Below, one piece after another: positions 30,588 through 40,622 of a stretch of DNA of 64,000 bases. The translations under genes were made by a program, and so were the position numbers. The DNA is taken from positions 99,860-163,859 of the forward strand of contig CAWFSD010000003.1 in NCBI GenBank assembly GCA_963818245.1, written 5' to 3'. The notes under the pieces are model-generated. The model saw only the letters and a program-made list of their open reading frames with translations. It ran no database searches and was not told the DNA's origin. The stretch is from an uncultured Planctomycetota bacterium. GTDB lineage: Bacteria > Planctomycetota > UBA11346. The number at the start of each line of letters is the position of its first letter. Position 1 is the stretch's first letter.

Positions 30588-31001
30588 ATGTATCCTCCCG
30601 AACTCACCGACCCCATCCGCGGCGAAGTCCACCAGATCGGCCTGACCGAGCTCAAGACCCCCGGTGACGTGGATATCGCGCTGACCAAGCCGGGCACCGC
30701 GCTGGTGTTCGTCAACAGCGTGTGCGGCTGCGCGGCCGGCGGCGCCCGCCCCGGGCTGTACATGGCCCTGCAGAAGGCGGCGAAGAAGCCCGCCCAGCTC
30801 ACCACCGTGTTCGCCGGCGTCGACAAGGAGGCGGTGGCCAAGGCGCGCAGCTACTTCGCCGAGTACCCGCCGTCCAGCCCCAGCGCCGCGCTGCTCAAGG
30901 ACGGCGAGGTGGTGTGGGTGCTGCACCGCCACCAGATCGAGGGCCGGCCGCCGCAGCAGATCGCGGAAGCCTTCCAGAAGGCGTTCGAAGCGAACTGCTG
31001 A
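30588..31001 (+). CDS. BrxA/BrxB (YphP/YqiW, DUF1094) bacilliredoxin-family thiol-disulfide oxidoreductase
   Basis: FVNSVCGCAAG, the CGC redox motif in the family-typical context. Confidence 0.7.
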   Translation: MYPPELTDPIRGEVHQIGLTELKTPGDVDIALTKPGTALVFVNSVCGCAAGGARPGLYMALQKAAKKPAQLTTVFAGVDKEAVAKARSYFAEYPPSSPSAALLKDGEVVWVLHRHQIEGRPPQQIAEAFQKAFEANC

Positions 31002-31059
31002 CGCTGCGGCGCGTGCGTGGGATCCCGCGGCCCGACGCGCGCGCACACCCGGAGGTGTC

Positions 31060-31936
31060 ATGGCCGACCGCACCCTCGCCTACGCCGAGAACGCCCCCGG
31101 CGGCTTCTTCGTCGACAGCACGTGCATCGACTGCGACACCTGCCGGCAGGTCGCGCCGGCGTCCTTCGTGGCGGTCGACGGGCACTCGGCGGTGGGCGTC
31201 CAGCCGCGCAGCGAGGACGAGGCGCGGGCGGCGGCGCGCGCGGTGCTGTGCTGCCCGACCAATTCCATCGGCAGCGACCAGGCGGCGCTGGTGCGCGCGG
31301 CGAGCGCGGACTTCCCCGCTGCCGATCACCGGCGACGTCGCCTACTGCGGCTTCGCGGCCGCCTCCTCGTTCGGTGCGTCGAGCTACTTCATCCGCCACG
31401 CCGACGGGAACTGGCTGATCGACGCGCCGCGCTGGACGCCGCAGCTGGTCCAGGCCATCGCGCGCGCCGGCGGCCTGAGCGGGATCTTCCTCACCCACCG
31501 CGACGACGTCGCCGACGCGGCGCGCTACGCGCAGCGCTTCGGCGCGCGCCGCGTGATCCACGCGCGCGACGCCGACGCCATGCCCGGCGCCGAGCAGGTG
31601 CTGACCGGCGAGGGCGAAACGACGCTCGCCGCCGACCTGGTCGCCATCCCCACGCCCGGCCACACCGCCGGCCACTGCGTCGCACTGTGGCGCGGCACCC
31701 ACCTGTTCAGCGGCGACCACCTGTGGTGGAGCCGGCGCCTGGGCGCGCTGAACGCGTCGCGCGAGGTGTGCTGGCACTCGTGGACCGAGCAGACCGCGTC
31801 GGTGCGGCGGCTCGCCGACCTCGCCTGCACCTGGGTGCTGCCGGGGCACGGCGAGCGGCGGCGAGATGACCGTGGCGGACTACCGCGCCGGGATGCGCGC
31901 CCTGGTGGAGCGCATGGAGCGCGCCCCGCTCGAGTC
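31060..31936 (+). CDS. ferredoxin-domain / MBL-fold metallo-hydrolase fusion protein (apparent frameshifts near 31320 and near 31860)
   Basis: N-terminus CIDCDTCRQVAP...CPTNSI is a ferredoxin cluster motif. Then the MBL frame: THRDDVADAARYAQ, PTPGHTAGH, LPGHGE. The probable C-terminus EMTVADYRAGMRALVERMERAPLESWP* is in a third frame. Confidence 0.6.
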
Positions 31937-31943
31937 CTGGCCG

Positions 31944-32362
31944 TGACGTTGCGTTCCAAACTCGCCAGGCTGGGAGCGCAGGGCATCGCGGATCTGGAAG
32001 AGCAGCAGCTCCATGCGATCCAGAAGGCCTGGCTCCAGGCGTTCTGCCAAGAGGTGAAGGCGCGACGCGGGCGATGGATCCACAACGGCTCCATGTGGCA
32101 CGCCTTCAGTTTCGACTACTGCGCGTGCCTGAGAGGCTTAAAGGCCTTGGCCGCGTATGAGAGGGTGCAGGGCGGGCCGTGCTACGCCTTCAACGAGGAC
32201 ATGGACACCGGTTGCGGATTCACCGCCACGGCGGGGCCGCCGGACCTGACGTCATCGAAGGACGACTGGTACGTGTGCGCCCAGGACATGGGCTGGACCA
32301 TGGTCTTCACCCATGAGCAGCCGGAGCTCGGACCGTTCTTCGCGAAGAATCCCCGGCTCTAG
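31944..32362 (+). CDS. small hypothetical protein, lower GC than its surroundings
   Basis: In frame with the tail of ORF 30722..32362. Follows the MBL gene stop. TTG/GTG start near 31944. Cys-containing (FDYCACLRGL, GPCYAF, TGCGF). Confidence 0.35.
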
Positions 32363-33168
32363 CGCTCCCGCTCCCGCCGCAGCGCCTCGCTGCGCAACCC
32401 GCTGTACCACGGATCCAGCGCCGCCCGCGGCTGCAGGGTGGTGAGCATCAACCCCTCCGCCTGGTGCACCGTGCGCACCCCGCGCGCATCCCACAGCCCG
32501 CTATCGACCCAGCGATCAGGCGCCGCGGTGTTGGCCAGCAGCAGCGGCGTCGCCCACTCCGCGGCGCGCGCGCTGTAGAGCGCGGGGACGACCTCCGCCT
32601 TGGTGCCGGCGTCGACGTCGGTGCCGGCCATGTGCGCGATGGTGGCGAAGGCGTCGACCTCGAGCGCGGCGAGCTCGGCCCACAGGCGGCCGAAGCGCAA
32701 CTCGTAGCAGATGGTCAGGCCCAGCGTCCAGCCCGCGCAGCGAAAGGTGCAGGGCTGCGCCCCGGGTACGAAGTGCCTGGTGTCGAACGGGGTCAGGGCG
32801 CGCTTGCGGTAGCGCAGGGGCTTGGCCTCGGCGCCGAGCACCACCGCCTCGTTGGCGATGAGCATGGGCCGCCCACCGCCCGCCGCCGCGACCGGGGCGG
32901 CGGTGCCCAGCACCAGCGTCACGCCGCGGCGCACGGCCTCCTCCTCGAGCGACTCCTCGAGATCAGCGGCCTGGCACCAGTTGACTCCGGCGAGGGTGTC
33001 CCGGGCGGCGCCGGGATAGCCGATCAGGGCGCATTCGGGGGTGAGCAGCAGCTGGGCCCCGGCGGCCGCCGCGCCGGCCAGGGCACGCCGGATGGCGGCG
33101 GCGTTGACCGCAGGGTCGGATACCGCGGTATGGGCCAGGACGGCGACCGGCAGGGCGGTACTGGGCAT
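32359..33168 (-). CDS. carbon-nitrogen hydrolase (nitrilase-superfamily) protein
   Basis: Start [19 protein letters not shown] catalytic-triad context ([20 protein letters not shown]). Confidence 0.7.
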   Translation of the reverse strand: MPSTALPVAVLAHTAVSDPAVNAAAIRRALAGAAAAGAQLLLTPECALIGYPGAARDTLAGVNWCQAADLEESLEEEAVRRGVTLVLGTAAPVAAAGGGRPMLIANEAVVLGAEAKPLRYRKRALTPFDTRHFVPGAQPCTFRCAGWTLGLTICYELRFGRLWAELAALEVDAFATIAHMAGTDVDAGTKAEVVPALYSARAAEWATPLLLANTAAPDRWVDSGLWDARGVRTVHQAEGLMLTTLQPRAALDPWYSGLRSEALRRERER

Positions 33169-33272
33169 GGGTTGCCTCGACCGTGATCGTCCCGATCCTG
33201 GGCCGCCCGCCAGTCCCGATCGGCCGATCCCCGCCGCGCCGGACCCACCACCCGCCAAGCCGCGACCCCGCC

Positions 33273-34706
33273 ATGCCCACCGACCGCTACGACTCGCCCC
33301 TCTGCTCGCGCTACGCCTCCAAGGAGATGCAGCGGCTGTTCTCCGACGACGTCAAGTTCTCGACCTGGCGCAAGCTGTGGCTGGAGCTGGCCAAGGCGGA
33401 GCGGGACCTGGGCCTGCCGATCAGCGACGCGCAGGTCGCCGAGCTCGCGGCGCACCTCACGGACATCGACTACGCGATGGCCGCGGCGGAGGAGAAGAAG
33501 CGCCGCCACGACGTCATGGCGCACGTCCACACCTTCGGCCACGCGTGCCCGACCGCGGCGCCGATCATCCACCTCGGCGCGACCAGCTGCTACGTCACCG
33601 ACAACGCCGACCTGCTGGTGATGCGCGACGGCCTCGACCTGCTCGCGCTCAAGCTCGCGCGCGCCATGGACCGCCTCGCGCACTTCGCAGAGAAGCAGCG
33701 CGCGCTGCCCACGCTGGGCTTCACCCACTTCCAGGCCGCGCAGCTGACCACCGTGGGCAAGCGCGCCTGCCTGTGGCTGCAGGACCTGGCGATGGACCTG
33801 CGCAACCTCGAGCGCGCGCGCGCCGAGCTGCGCTTCCGCGGCGTCAAGGGCACCACCGGCACGCAGGCCTCGTTCCTGGCGCTGTTCCACGGCGACCACG
33901 AGAAGGTCGAGGAGCTCGACCGCCGCGTCACCGCCGCGTTCCAGTTCGGCAAGCCCTTCCTGGTCACCGGGCAGACCTACACGCGCAAGCAGGACACCGA
34001 GGTGCTCACGGTCCTCGCCGGCCTGGGCGCGAGCGCGCACAAGCTCGCCACCGACCTGCGCCTGCTCGCCCACCTCAAGGAGATCGAGGAGCCGATCGAG
34101 AAGGACCAGATCGGCTCCAGCGCGATGGCCTACAAGCGCAACCCGATGCGCGCCGAGCGCGTGTGCTCGCTGGCCCGCCACCTGATGACCCTGGTCGGCG
34201 ACGCCTACGCCACGCACAGCGTGCAGTGGATGGAGCGCACCCTGGACGACAGCGCGGTGCGCCGCATCAGCATCCCCGAGGCCTTCCTCGCCGCCGACGC
34301 GGTCCTGGGCATCCTGCAGAACGTCTTCGAGGGCCTCGACGTGCACGAGAAGGTCATCGCCCGGCGCATCGCCGAGGAGCTGCCCTTCATGGCCACCGAG
34401 AACCTGATCATGGCCCTGGTCGAGGCCGGCGGCGACCGCCAGGAGGCGCACGAGCGCATCCGCGTGCTCTCCCGCGAAGCCGCGGCCGAGGTCAAGGACC
34501 ACGGCCGCGACAACGACCTGATCGCGCGCGTGCGCGCCGACGCCTTCTTCGCCCCCATCCACGCGCAGCTGCCGGCCCTGCTCGACGCCAGCACCTTCGT
34601 CGGCCGCGCCCCGCAGCAGGTCGACCGCTTCCTCGCCGAGGAGATCCGCCCCGCCCTCGCCCCCTACGCCGGCCGCCTCGGCGGCACCAGCACGCTCAGC
34701 GTCTGA
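33273..34706 (+). CDS. purB: adenylosuccinate lyase
   Basis: [25 protein letters not shown]..., [26 protein letters not shown] (the fumarate-lyase signature). Confidence 0.9.
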   Translation: MPTDRYDSPLCSRYASKEMQRLFSDDVKFSTWRKLWLELAKAERDLGLPISDAQVAELAAHLTDIDYAMAAAEEKKRRHDVMAHVHTFGHACPTAAPIIHLGATSCYVTDNADLLVMRDGLDLLALKLARAMDRLAHFAEKQRALPTLGFTHFQAAQLTTVGKRACLWLQDLAMDLRNLERARAELRFRGVKGTTGTQASFLALFHGDHEKVEELDRRVTAAFQFGKPFLVTGQTYTRKQDTEVLTVLAGLGASAHKLATDLRLLAHLKEIEEPIEKDQIGSSAMAYKRNPMRAERVCSLARHLMTLVGDAYATHSVQWMERTLDDSAVRRISIPEAFLAADAVLGILQNVFEGLDVHEKVIARRIAEELPFMATENLIMALVEAGGDRQEAHERIRVLSREAAAEVKDHGRDNDLIARVRADAFFAPIHAQLPALLDASTFVGRAPQQVDRFLAEEIRPALAPYAGRLGGTSTLSV

Positions 34707-34749
34707 GCGGGCGTAGGTGCCGGGGGCTGGTTCTGGATTCGAGGGGTTT

Positions 34750-35024
34750 CAGCCGCAGAGACGCAGAGTTGCGGAGAGGGCCGCAGAGAAGAATGAGGAC
34801 TGGGTGCGGCGACCCGAAGCGTCAAGGCTTTCGACCTTTCGCGGTTGGAAAGCGCTGTCCTCTGCGGCCCTCTCTGAAACTCCGCGTCTCGCGGCAAAGT
34901 CGCCGAACGACAGAGCCGGCGCTTGGCGGCGCCGGTCTCGATCGGCTGCTGCCGCATCGGTCACCCAGCTCCAGGGTCCGCCCTCTGCGGCCCTCTCTGG
35001 AACTCTGCGTCTCTGCGGCTATGG
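34750..35024. repeat. MITE-like element of the same CTCTGCGGCC-TIR family, with an extra internal arm copy near 34858-34896
   Basis: Left arm cagccgcagagacgcagagttgcggagagggccgcagag. Right arm ccctctgcggccctctctggaactctgcgtctctgcggct. Lies downstream of purB. Confidence 0.85.
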
Positions 35025-35040
35025 CTGTCCGATCGCGAGA

Positions 35041-36225
35041 TCAGCGCTTGCGGGCGGCGGCCTTGGGTGCGGGTGCGGCCCACTCGACGCCGGTCTTCTG
35101 CCACTTCCCGGTGGCGGCGGACTTGAGGACCGCGTCGCAGACCTTGTCGGTCTCGAGGGCGTCGCGGAAGGTCGGCGCGCAGGGTTTGCCGCTGCCCAGC
35201 GCGGCCAGGAAGTCGGCGGCCTGGTGCACGAAGCTGTGCTCGTAGCCGATCTGCAGGCCCGGGACCCACCAGCTCTTCATGTAGGGCTGGTCGCCGTCGC
35301 TGACGTGGATCGAGCGCCAGCCGCGGGTGATCGACTCGTCGCGGTAGTCGAACATCTCGAGGCGGTGCAGGTCGTGCAGGTCCCACTTCAGCGAAGCGTT
35401 CTCGCCGTTGATCTCGAAGGTGTACTGCGCCTTGTGGCCGCGCGCGTAGCGCGTCGACTCGAAGTTGCACAGCGCGCCGTTGGCGAAGCGCCCGATGAAG
35501 GTGCAGGCGTCGTCGATGCTGACCTTCTCGACCTTGCCGGAGCCGACGTGGGTGCGCTCCTTGATGAAGGTCTCGGTCAGGGCGGTGACCTCGGTGATGC
35601 CGCCGTTCAGCCACATCGCGGTGTCGATGCAGTGCGAGAGCAGGTCGCCGGTGACGCCGGAGCCGCTGGCCTTGGCGTCGAGCCGCCACAGTCCGGCGCC
35701 GCCCTGCGGCAGGTCGGCGTTGATCGTCCAGTCCTGCAGGAAGTTCGCGCGGTAGTGGAAGATGCGCCCGAGCTTGCCGCTGTCGATCAGCTGCTTGGCC
35801 AGGGTCACCGCCGGGATGCGGCGGTAGTTGTACCACACCGTGTTGGGCACGCCGGCGGCCTCGACGGCCTTGACCATGCGCAGGGCCTCGGCGGCGGTGC
35901 GGCCGAGCGGCTTCTCGCACAGCACCATCTTGCCGGCCTTGGCCGCGGCGATGGCGATCTCGGCGTGGCTGTCGTTGGGCGTGCAGATGTCGATGGCGTC
36001 GATGTCCTTGCGGGCGATCAGCTTCTTCCAGTCGCTCTCGACCGACTCGTAGCCCCACTGCGCGGCGAAGGCGCTGGTCTTGGCCGCATCGCGGCCGCAC
36101 ACCGCCTTCAGCACCGGCAGGTACGGCAGGTCGAAGAAGTTGCCGACCCGGCGGTAGGCGTTGGAGTGGGTGCGGCCCATGAAGCCGTAGCCGACCAGGC
36201 CGATGTTCAGAGCTTTCGCAGTCAT
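35041..36225 (-). CDS. Gfo/Idh/MocA-family NAD(P)-dependent oxidoreductase
   Basis: [18 protein letters not shown] Rossmann fold. EKP motif MVLCEKPL. Confidence 0.85.
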   Translation of the reverse strand: MTAKALNIGLVGYGFMGRTHSNAYRRVGNFFDLPYLPVLKAVCGRDAAKTSAFAAQWGYESVESDWKKLIARKDIDAIDICTPNDSHAEIAIAAAKAGKMVLCEKPLGRTAAEALRMVKAVEAAGVPNTVWYNYRRIPAVTLAKQLIDSGKLGRIFHYRANFLQDWTINADLPQGGAGLWRLDAKASGSGVTGDLLSHCIDTAMWLNGGITEVTALTETFIKERTHVGSGKVEKVSIDDACTFIGRFANGALCNFESTRYARGHKAQYTFEINGENASLKWDLHDLHRLEMFDYRDESITRGWRSIHVSDGDQPYMKSWWVPGLQIGYEHSFVHQAADFLAALGSGKPCAPTFRDALETDKVCDAVLKSAATGKWQKTGVEWAAPAPKAAARKR

Positions 36226-36305
36226 GGTGTCTTCCTGAAATGAAGTGTGTGTATGTGATTCGAGCGGCGGTCAGCCGTCAGCCGTCAGCCTGTCAGGCCG
36301 AGGCC

Positions 36306-37385
36306 TCAGGCCTTCGCCGCTTCCGCCTGCTGCCAGCCGTGCGCGTCGCGCACCGCCAGCATGGCGGCGAGGATGTCGTTCCAGGTCTGCTGCTGCTTCA
36401 TCACGCTGTTGGGGAACATGCAGCCGTCCCAGCACAGGTGCTTGACCGCCTTGGTCACCGCGCCCTTGCCGTCGCGCAGCCAGTAGCCCGCGGCCTTGGG
36501 GATGTCGAGCTTGCCGTTCGGGTCCTTGGCCAGGCAGTGACGCCCGGTCTTGTCGTGCGAGCCCTGGCCCTTGACCGTGCCGTCGTTCTGGGCGACGTGG
36601 AAGTCGAGCGTCCACGGGCGCAGCACGTCGGTCATCTTCTTGTAGGCGCTGTAGAAGACCTCCTTGTCCTGCCAGTCGTAGCCGGCGGGCAGCAGCGCGT
36701 CCTCGGGCGCGTTGTAGCCCATCAGGAAGAGCAGGGTGTGGGCCATGTCGGCCTGCATGCCCACCGTGCCGGGCATGCCGACCTTCTCGAAGAGGTCGGC
36801 GATCTTGCGCCAGCTCTGCATGCCGCCCCAGCAGATCTCGCCCTCGGCGGCGAGGCGCTCGCCGTGGTCCTTGGCGATGCTGCCCGCTTCGCGGAAGGTG
36901 TCGGCGATCTTGCGCGTGTTGCCCACCGGGTCCTTGGCCCAGTCGGCCGGGCCGCCGGCGGAGTCGATGCGGATGAGGTTGTCGCTGCGCACGCCGAGCT
37001 GCTTGAGCTTGTCGGCGATGCGGCAGGACTTCTTCACCTGCTCGACGAACTGCTTGCGCTCGGCGTCGCTGCCGAAGGCCGAGCCGCCCCCGGTCGGCGG
37101 CCACACCGGGGCGACCAGCGAGCCGATGGTCAGGCCGCGCGCGCGCACCTTGTCGGCGAGCGCCTTCAGCGCGTCGTCGCTGGCGTCGATCGAGAGGTGC
37201 GGGTCGAAGAGGAAGATGTCGACGCCGTCGAACTTCACGCCATCGACCTCCGCCTTCGCGGTCATGTCGAGCATGGTGTCGAAATCGATGAACGGCTCGT
37301 CGTTCGGGCCGGAGCCGCCCTTGCCGACCATGCCGGGCCAGGTGGCGTTGTGCAGCTTGGGGAAGTTGTTGGGGTGCTTGCTCAT
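36306..37385 (-). CDS. sugar phosphate isomerase/epimerase (xylose isomerase-like TIM barrel)
   Basis: 359 aa with the typical AP-endonuclease-2/TIM-barrel pattern. Adjacent to the Gfo/Idh/MocA gene. Confidence 0.8.
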   Translation of the reverse strand: MSKHPNNFPKLHNATWPGMVGKGGSGPNDEPFIDFDTMLDMTAKAEVDGVKFDGVDIFLFDPHLSIDASDDALKALADKVRARGLTIGSLVAPVWPPTGGGSAFGSDAERKQFVEQVKKSCRIADKLKQLGVRSDNLIRIDSAGGPADWAKDPVGNTRKIADTFREAGSIAKDHGERLAAEGEICWGGMQSWRKIADLFEKVGMPGTVGMQADMAHTLLFLMGYNAPEDALLPAGYDWQDKEVFYSAYKKMTDVLRPWTLDFHVAQNDGTVKGQGSHDKTGRHCLAKDPNGKLDIPKAAGYWLRDGKGAVTKAVKHLCWDGCMFPNSVMKQQQTWNDILAAMLAVRDAHGWQQAEAAKA

Positions 37386-37619
37386 GGCTGGCGGTCTTTG
37401 CGGCAGTGCGGCAGCGGGCGGCCGGCGCGTGATTCACGATGGGGTGCGAGGGCGCGCGCGACGAACACGTGGTTCGCGCACCTGTGCAGATCTACAGGCG
37501 GTCGCGCTCGGTCAACGGGTGAAGGAGGCATTTCCGCCCCGCGGGACATCCCAGTGCAACTAATCTGGAAAATCTGTCCAGGCCGCGTGCGCAGCGCCGC
37601 CGTGGCGCTACCGTCCGCC

Positions 37620-38156
37620 ATGCCCAAGCCGTGGACCGTCGTCTCCCGTCGCACCCTGATCAGCGATCCCTGGCTGCGGCTGCACTCCGAACGGGTGCGC
37701 ACCGGCCAGGGCCTCGAGCTCGAGCCCTGGTACGTGGTCGAGGCCGCGCACTGGGTGGCGGTGGTGCCGGTGCTGCCCGATGGACGCCTGGTGCTGGTCG
37801 AGCAGTACCGCCACGGCGCGGAGCGCATCTGCCGCGAGCTGCCCGCCGGCAACATCGACGCCGGCGAGGACCCCGCCGCCGCCGCGCTGCGCGAACTCGC
37901 CGAGGAGACCGGCTACCAGGCGCTGTCCGCGCCGGTGCCGCTCGGCACCTTCTGGCCGGAACCGGCGCGCTCGCGCGCCACCGCCACCGGTTTCCTGGTG
38001 CGCTGCGCCGCCACGCCGCAGGCGCAGCGGCTGGACCAGTCGGAGGACATCGCGGTGACCACCATCGCCCAGTCCGAGGCGTTCGGGCCGACCCATGGTG
38101 GCATCGTGCACGGAGCGCAGCTTGCATTCCTGCACCTGGCTCGGCCGCTGCTGTGA
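37620..38156 (+). CDS. Nudix hydrolase
   Basis: Nudix box GNIDAGEDPAAAALRELAEETGY. It is the internal start of the long spurious ORF 36240..38156. Confidence 0.8.
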   Translation: MPKPWTVVSRRTLISDPWLRLHSERVRTGQGLELEPWYVVEAAHWVAVVPVLPDGRLVLVEQYRHGAERICRELPAGNIDAGEDPAAAALRELAEETGYQALSAPVPLGTFWPEPARSRATATGFLVRCAATPQAQRLDQSEDIAVTTIAQSEAFGPTHGGIVHGAQLAFLHLARPLL

Positions 38157-38300
38157 GGGGAGGCGCGAGGCATGAGCCACGACATGCCCCAAGCCGCAGG
38201 CGACAGGCGCCTCGCGCCTCGCGTGCCTTCCCCCCAAAACGCCGGACGGGCAGACCCACAAGGCCTGCCCGTCCGAGATGTCGCACGTGGTGGAGACGAT

Positions 38301-38705
38301 TCAGCGCTTGGCGGCGCCGGCAGTGGCGAAGCAGCCCTGCTCGGCGATGAACGACTTGGCCTTGGTGTCCACGTCGGCGGTGGTCACCAGCCAGCCGGTC
38401 ACCTTCTGGCCGGGGTAGCGCTGCTGCAGCTTGTCGCGCATCTCGACGAAGGCCTCGCCATCCTTGGAGGAGATCTTCGAGGCGCGGCGCTTGATGTCGA
38501 CGAACCAGACGTCCTTGCGGCCGCGGGCGACGACGATGCGACCGGTGCCTTCGATGCCGTAATTCTTGACCGGGACGGCTTCGACGCTCTGGAACACCGG
38601 CAGGCGGGTCTCGAGTTCACGGTCGACCACGTCGCCGGGAAGGGGGTGGCCGGCGCGGAGCAGGCGGATGATGGCTTCCTCGGTAGCACGGACGGCGATG
38701 CGCAT
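38301..38705 (-). CDS. PD-(D/E)xK nuclease-fold protein (Mrr-catalytic-domain/YraN-like)
   Basis: YGIEGTGRIVVARGRKDVWFVDIKRR has E...VDIK, a (D/E)xK motif. AGGAG SD 9 nt upstream. Confidence 0.55.
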   Translation of the reverse strand: MRIAVRATEEAIIRLLRAGHPLPGDVVDRELETRLPVFQSVEAVPVKNYGIEGTGRIVVARGRKDVWFVDIKRRASKISSKDGEAFVEMRDKLQQRYPGQKVTGWLVTTADVDTKAKSFIAEQGCFATAGAAKR

Positions 38706-38859
38706 GCGAACTCCTGTGACGTTGTGGAATGAGCAGACGATGGACAGCTCGGCAATCCCATGAGATTGCTCAAAAATCGAGCGCTTGAGGTTAGCAATCG
38801 GGGTGAAAACTCAAGCGCAAATTTTTCTTGCCTTCACCGCGCCCCGGATAAGGGCGACC

Positions 38860-38873
38860 TCCAACATGTTGGA
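38860..38873. promoter_or_regulatory. perfect 14-bp palindrome TCCAACATGTTGGA in a low-GC intergenic stretch
   Basis: Direct reading. Confidence 0.4.
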
Positions 38874-38969
38874 AGACGAGGCTTTGGAGTGAAGCTGTCG
38901 GGACGGTCGCGGGCCTTGCCGAACCCTGGGCGCGCGGCCCGAGGGATCCGCATGGACCCATGACGTGTC

Positions 38970-38993
38970 GGTTTCCACTCAGGAGTGGAAACC
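38970..38993. promoter_or_regulatory. perfect palindrome GGTTTCCACTC-ag-GAGTGGAAACC
   Basis: Direct reading. 11-bp arms. Confidence 0.4.
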
Positions 38994-39409
38994 GGCCAGC
39001 TCCACCGCCAAGCGTTCCTGGGCCGCGGCCGCTGGCGCCCGCGAGCGGGGCCCCAGCAGCCGGTCGATGGCGGCCACCGCGGTGGCCAGGCGTCGCGTGG
39101 TCACCGCTCAGGCGCACCACCGGCCGGTCGTGGGCGGCGAGCACGGCCTGGCAGCGCGCGGCGAACTCCGCGCGGCGGTGCGGCATGTCGCGCTGGCCGT
39201 CGGCGACCCACGGGGTCCCACTCCTGGCCGTTCGTCGGCAGGCCGAGGGCCCGTAGGCGCCCGGCCGCGGCGTCGAGATCGTCTTGCGTCCCGCACCACC
39301 ACCACAGCAGCGGAGCGGTGACCAGCGGCAGCCCGAAGGCGAGCGCCGCCAGCAGCCACCAGCCGCGCCGGCTGCAGCGCTGGGGCGGCGGTGGGCGGCG
39401 GCGCCTCGT

Positions 39410-40453
39410 TCACGGCGCCGCGGCCAGCTCCCGCGCCAGCGCGTGGTGCTTGGCGAACGCCGCCGCCACCTTCCCGCTCGTGAGCGCCGCGCGCGCGGCC
39501 GCGACACCCTGGCCGTCGCCGAGGATCGGCCGGCCGTGCCAGCAGTCGAGCGCGGCGCCGGCATTGACGCACACCAGGTCGAGCAGCGGGCCGCGCTCCT
39601 CGCCGGCGAGCAGGCGCCGGAACAGGTGCTTGTTGACCGGCGCGTCGCCGCCGGGCAGCTGGTCGTGGGTCAGGCCTGGCTGGTGGAAGTGCTCGGCGAT
39701 GCGGTGGTGGACGCGGCCGTCGTGCACCTCCCACAGGTGGCTGGGGCCGGAGATCGACAGCTCGTCGATGCCGGGGTGGCCGAGCACCACCACCGCGCGC
39801 TCGCTGCCCAGGCGCACCAGCGCCTCGGCGACCACGCGCGCGACCTGCTCATCGCTGACGCCGACGATCTGGCGGCGCGGGCGGAAGGGGTTGGCGAGCG
39901 GGCCGGCGAGGTTGAAGACGGTGCGCCGCACGTGCTGCGCGGCGAGCTTGCGCGCGGGCGCGACCGCGGCGACCGCCGGGTGCACCTGGCGCGCGAACAG
40001 GAAGCACACGCCGCTCTCGGCGTGCAGGCGCGCGAGGCGCTCGGGCGGCAGCTGGTAGGGCACCTCGAGCGCGTCGAGCAGGTCGAAGCCGCCGTTCGGC
40101 CGCGCGCTGCCGCGGTTGCCGTGCTTGGCCACCGGCACGCCCAGGGCGGCGAGCACGAAGGCCGCGGTGGTCGAGACGTTGAAGCGCGTCAGCCCGCTGC
40201 CGCCGGTGCCGCACAGGTCCATGCACGCCGGGCTGGCCGGGACCTGCGCGCGCGCCAGCAGGTTCCACACCACCGCCGCGAGCTCGACCGCGGTCTCGCC
40301 GCGGCGCGTCCAGGCGACCAGCAGGTCGGCGCCCTCCGCGGCCGCGAGTTCGCCGCTGATCAGCAGGTCGACGAGCGCGCCGGTCTCGGCCTCGCTCATC
40401 CCCGACGGGTTGAGGACCTGGCGCTGCATGGCGGTGAAGGCAGGGCTGGGCAT
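39410..40453 (-). CDS. trpD: anthranilate phosphoribosyltransferase family (TrpD/glycosyltransferase family 3)
   Basis: DLCGTGGSGLTRFNVSTTAAFVLAALGVPVAKHGNRG. Alternative start at 40429. Confidence 0.8.
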   Translation of the reverse strand: MPSPAFTAMQRQVLNPSGMSEAETGALVDLLISGELAAAEGADLLVAWTRRGETAVELAAVVWNLLARAQVPASPACMDLCGTGGSGLTRFNVSTTAAFVLAALGVPVAKHGNRGSARPNGGFDLLDALEVPYQLPPERLARLHAESGVCFLFARQVHPAVAAVAPARKLAAQHVRRTVFNLAGPLANPFRPRRQIVGVSDEQVARVVAEALVRLGSERAVVVLGHPGIDELSISGPSHLWEVHDGRVHHRIAEHFHQPGLTHDQLPGGDAPVNKHLFRRLLAGEERGPLLDLVCVNAGAALDCWHGRPILGDGQGVAAARAALTSGKVAAAFAKHHALARELAAAP

Positions 40454-40622
40454 GCCCCCGATCCTACGCACGCGGCCCATCCCGCCAAGGGGCGGGGGGA
40501 GGCAAATGGGGAGGATGCGAGTCGCGAGCTGCTCGCCACGAGGGGTGGATGGGCGCACCGCGTACGGGTCTCGAAGCCCGCAACCCGCAACTCGCAACCA
40601 TGCGAGTCCGGTATCCAGCCTG

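Noticed and set aside
39100-39412. Possible small gene downstream of trpD that starts with GTG overlapping the trpD stop (ccGTGAacg)
   Set aside because: The in-frame product is Arg-rich low-complexity. Plausible segments (WWLLAALAFGLPLVTAPLL; RAEFAARCQAVLAAHDRPVV) lie in two other frames, so rescuing it would need two further frameshifts. It is too speculative to call.
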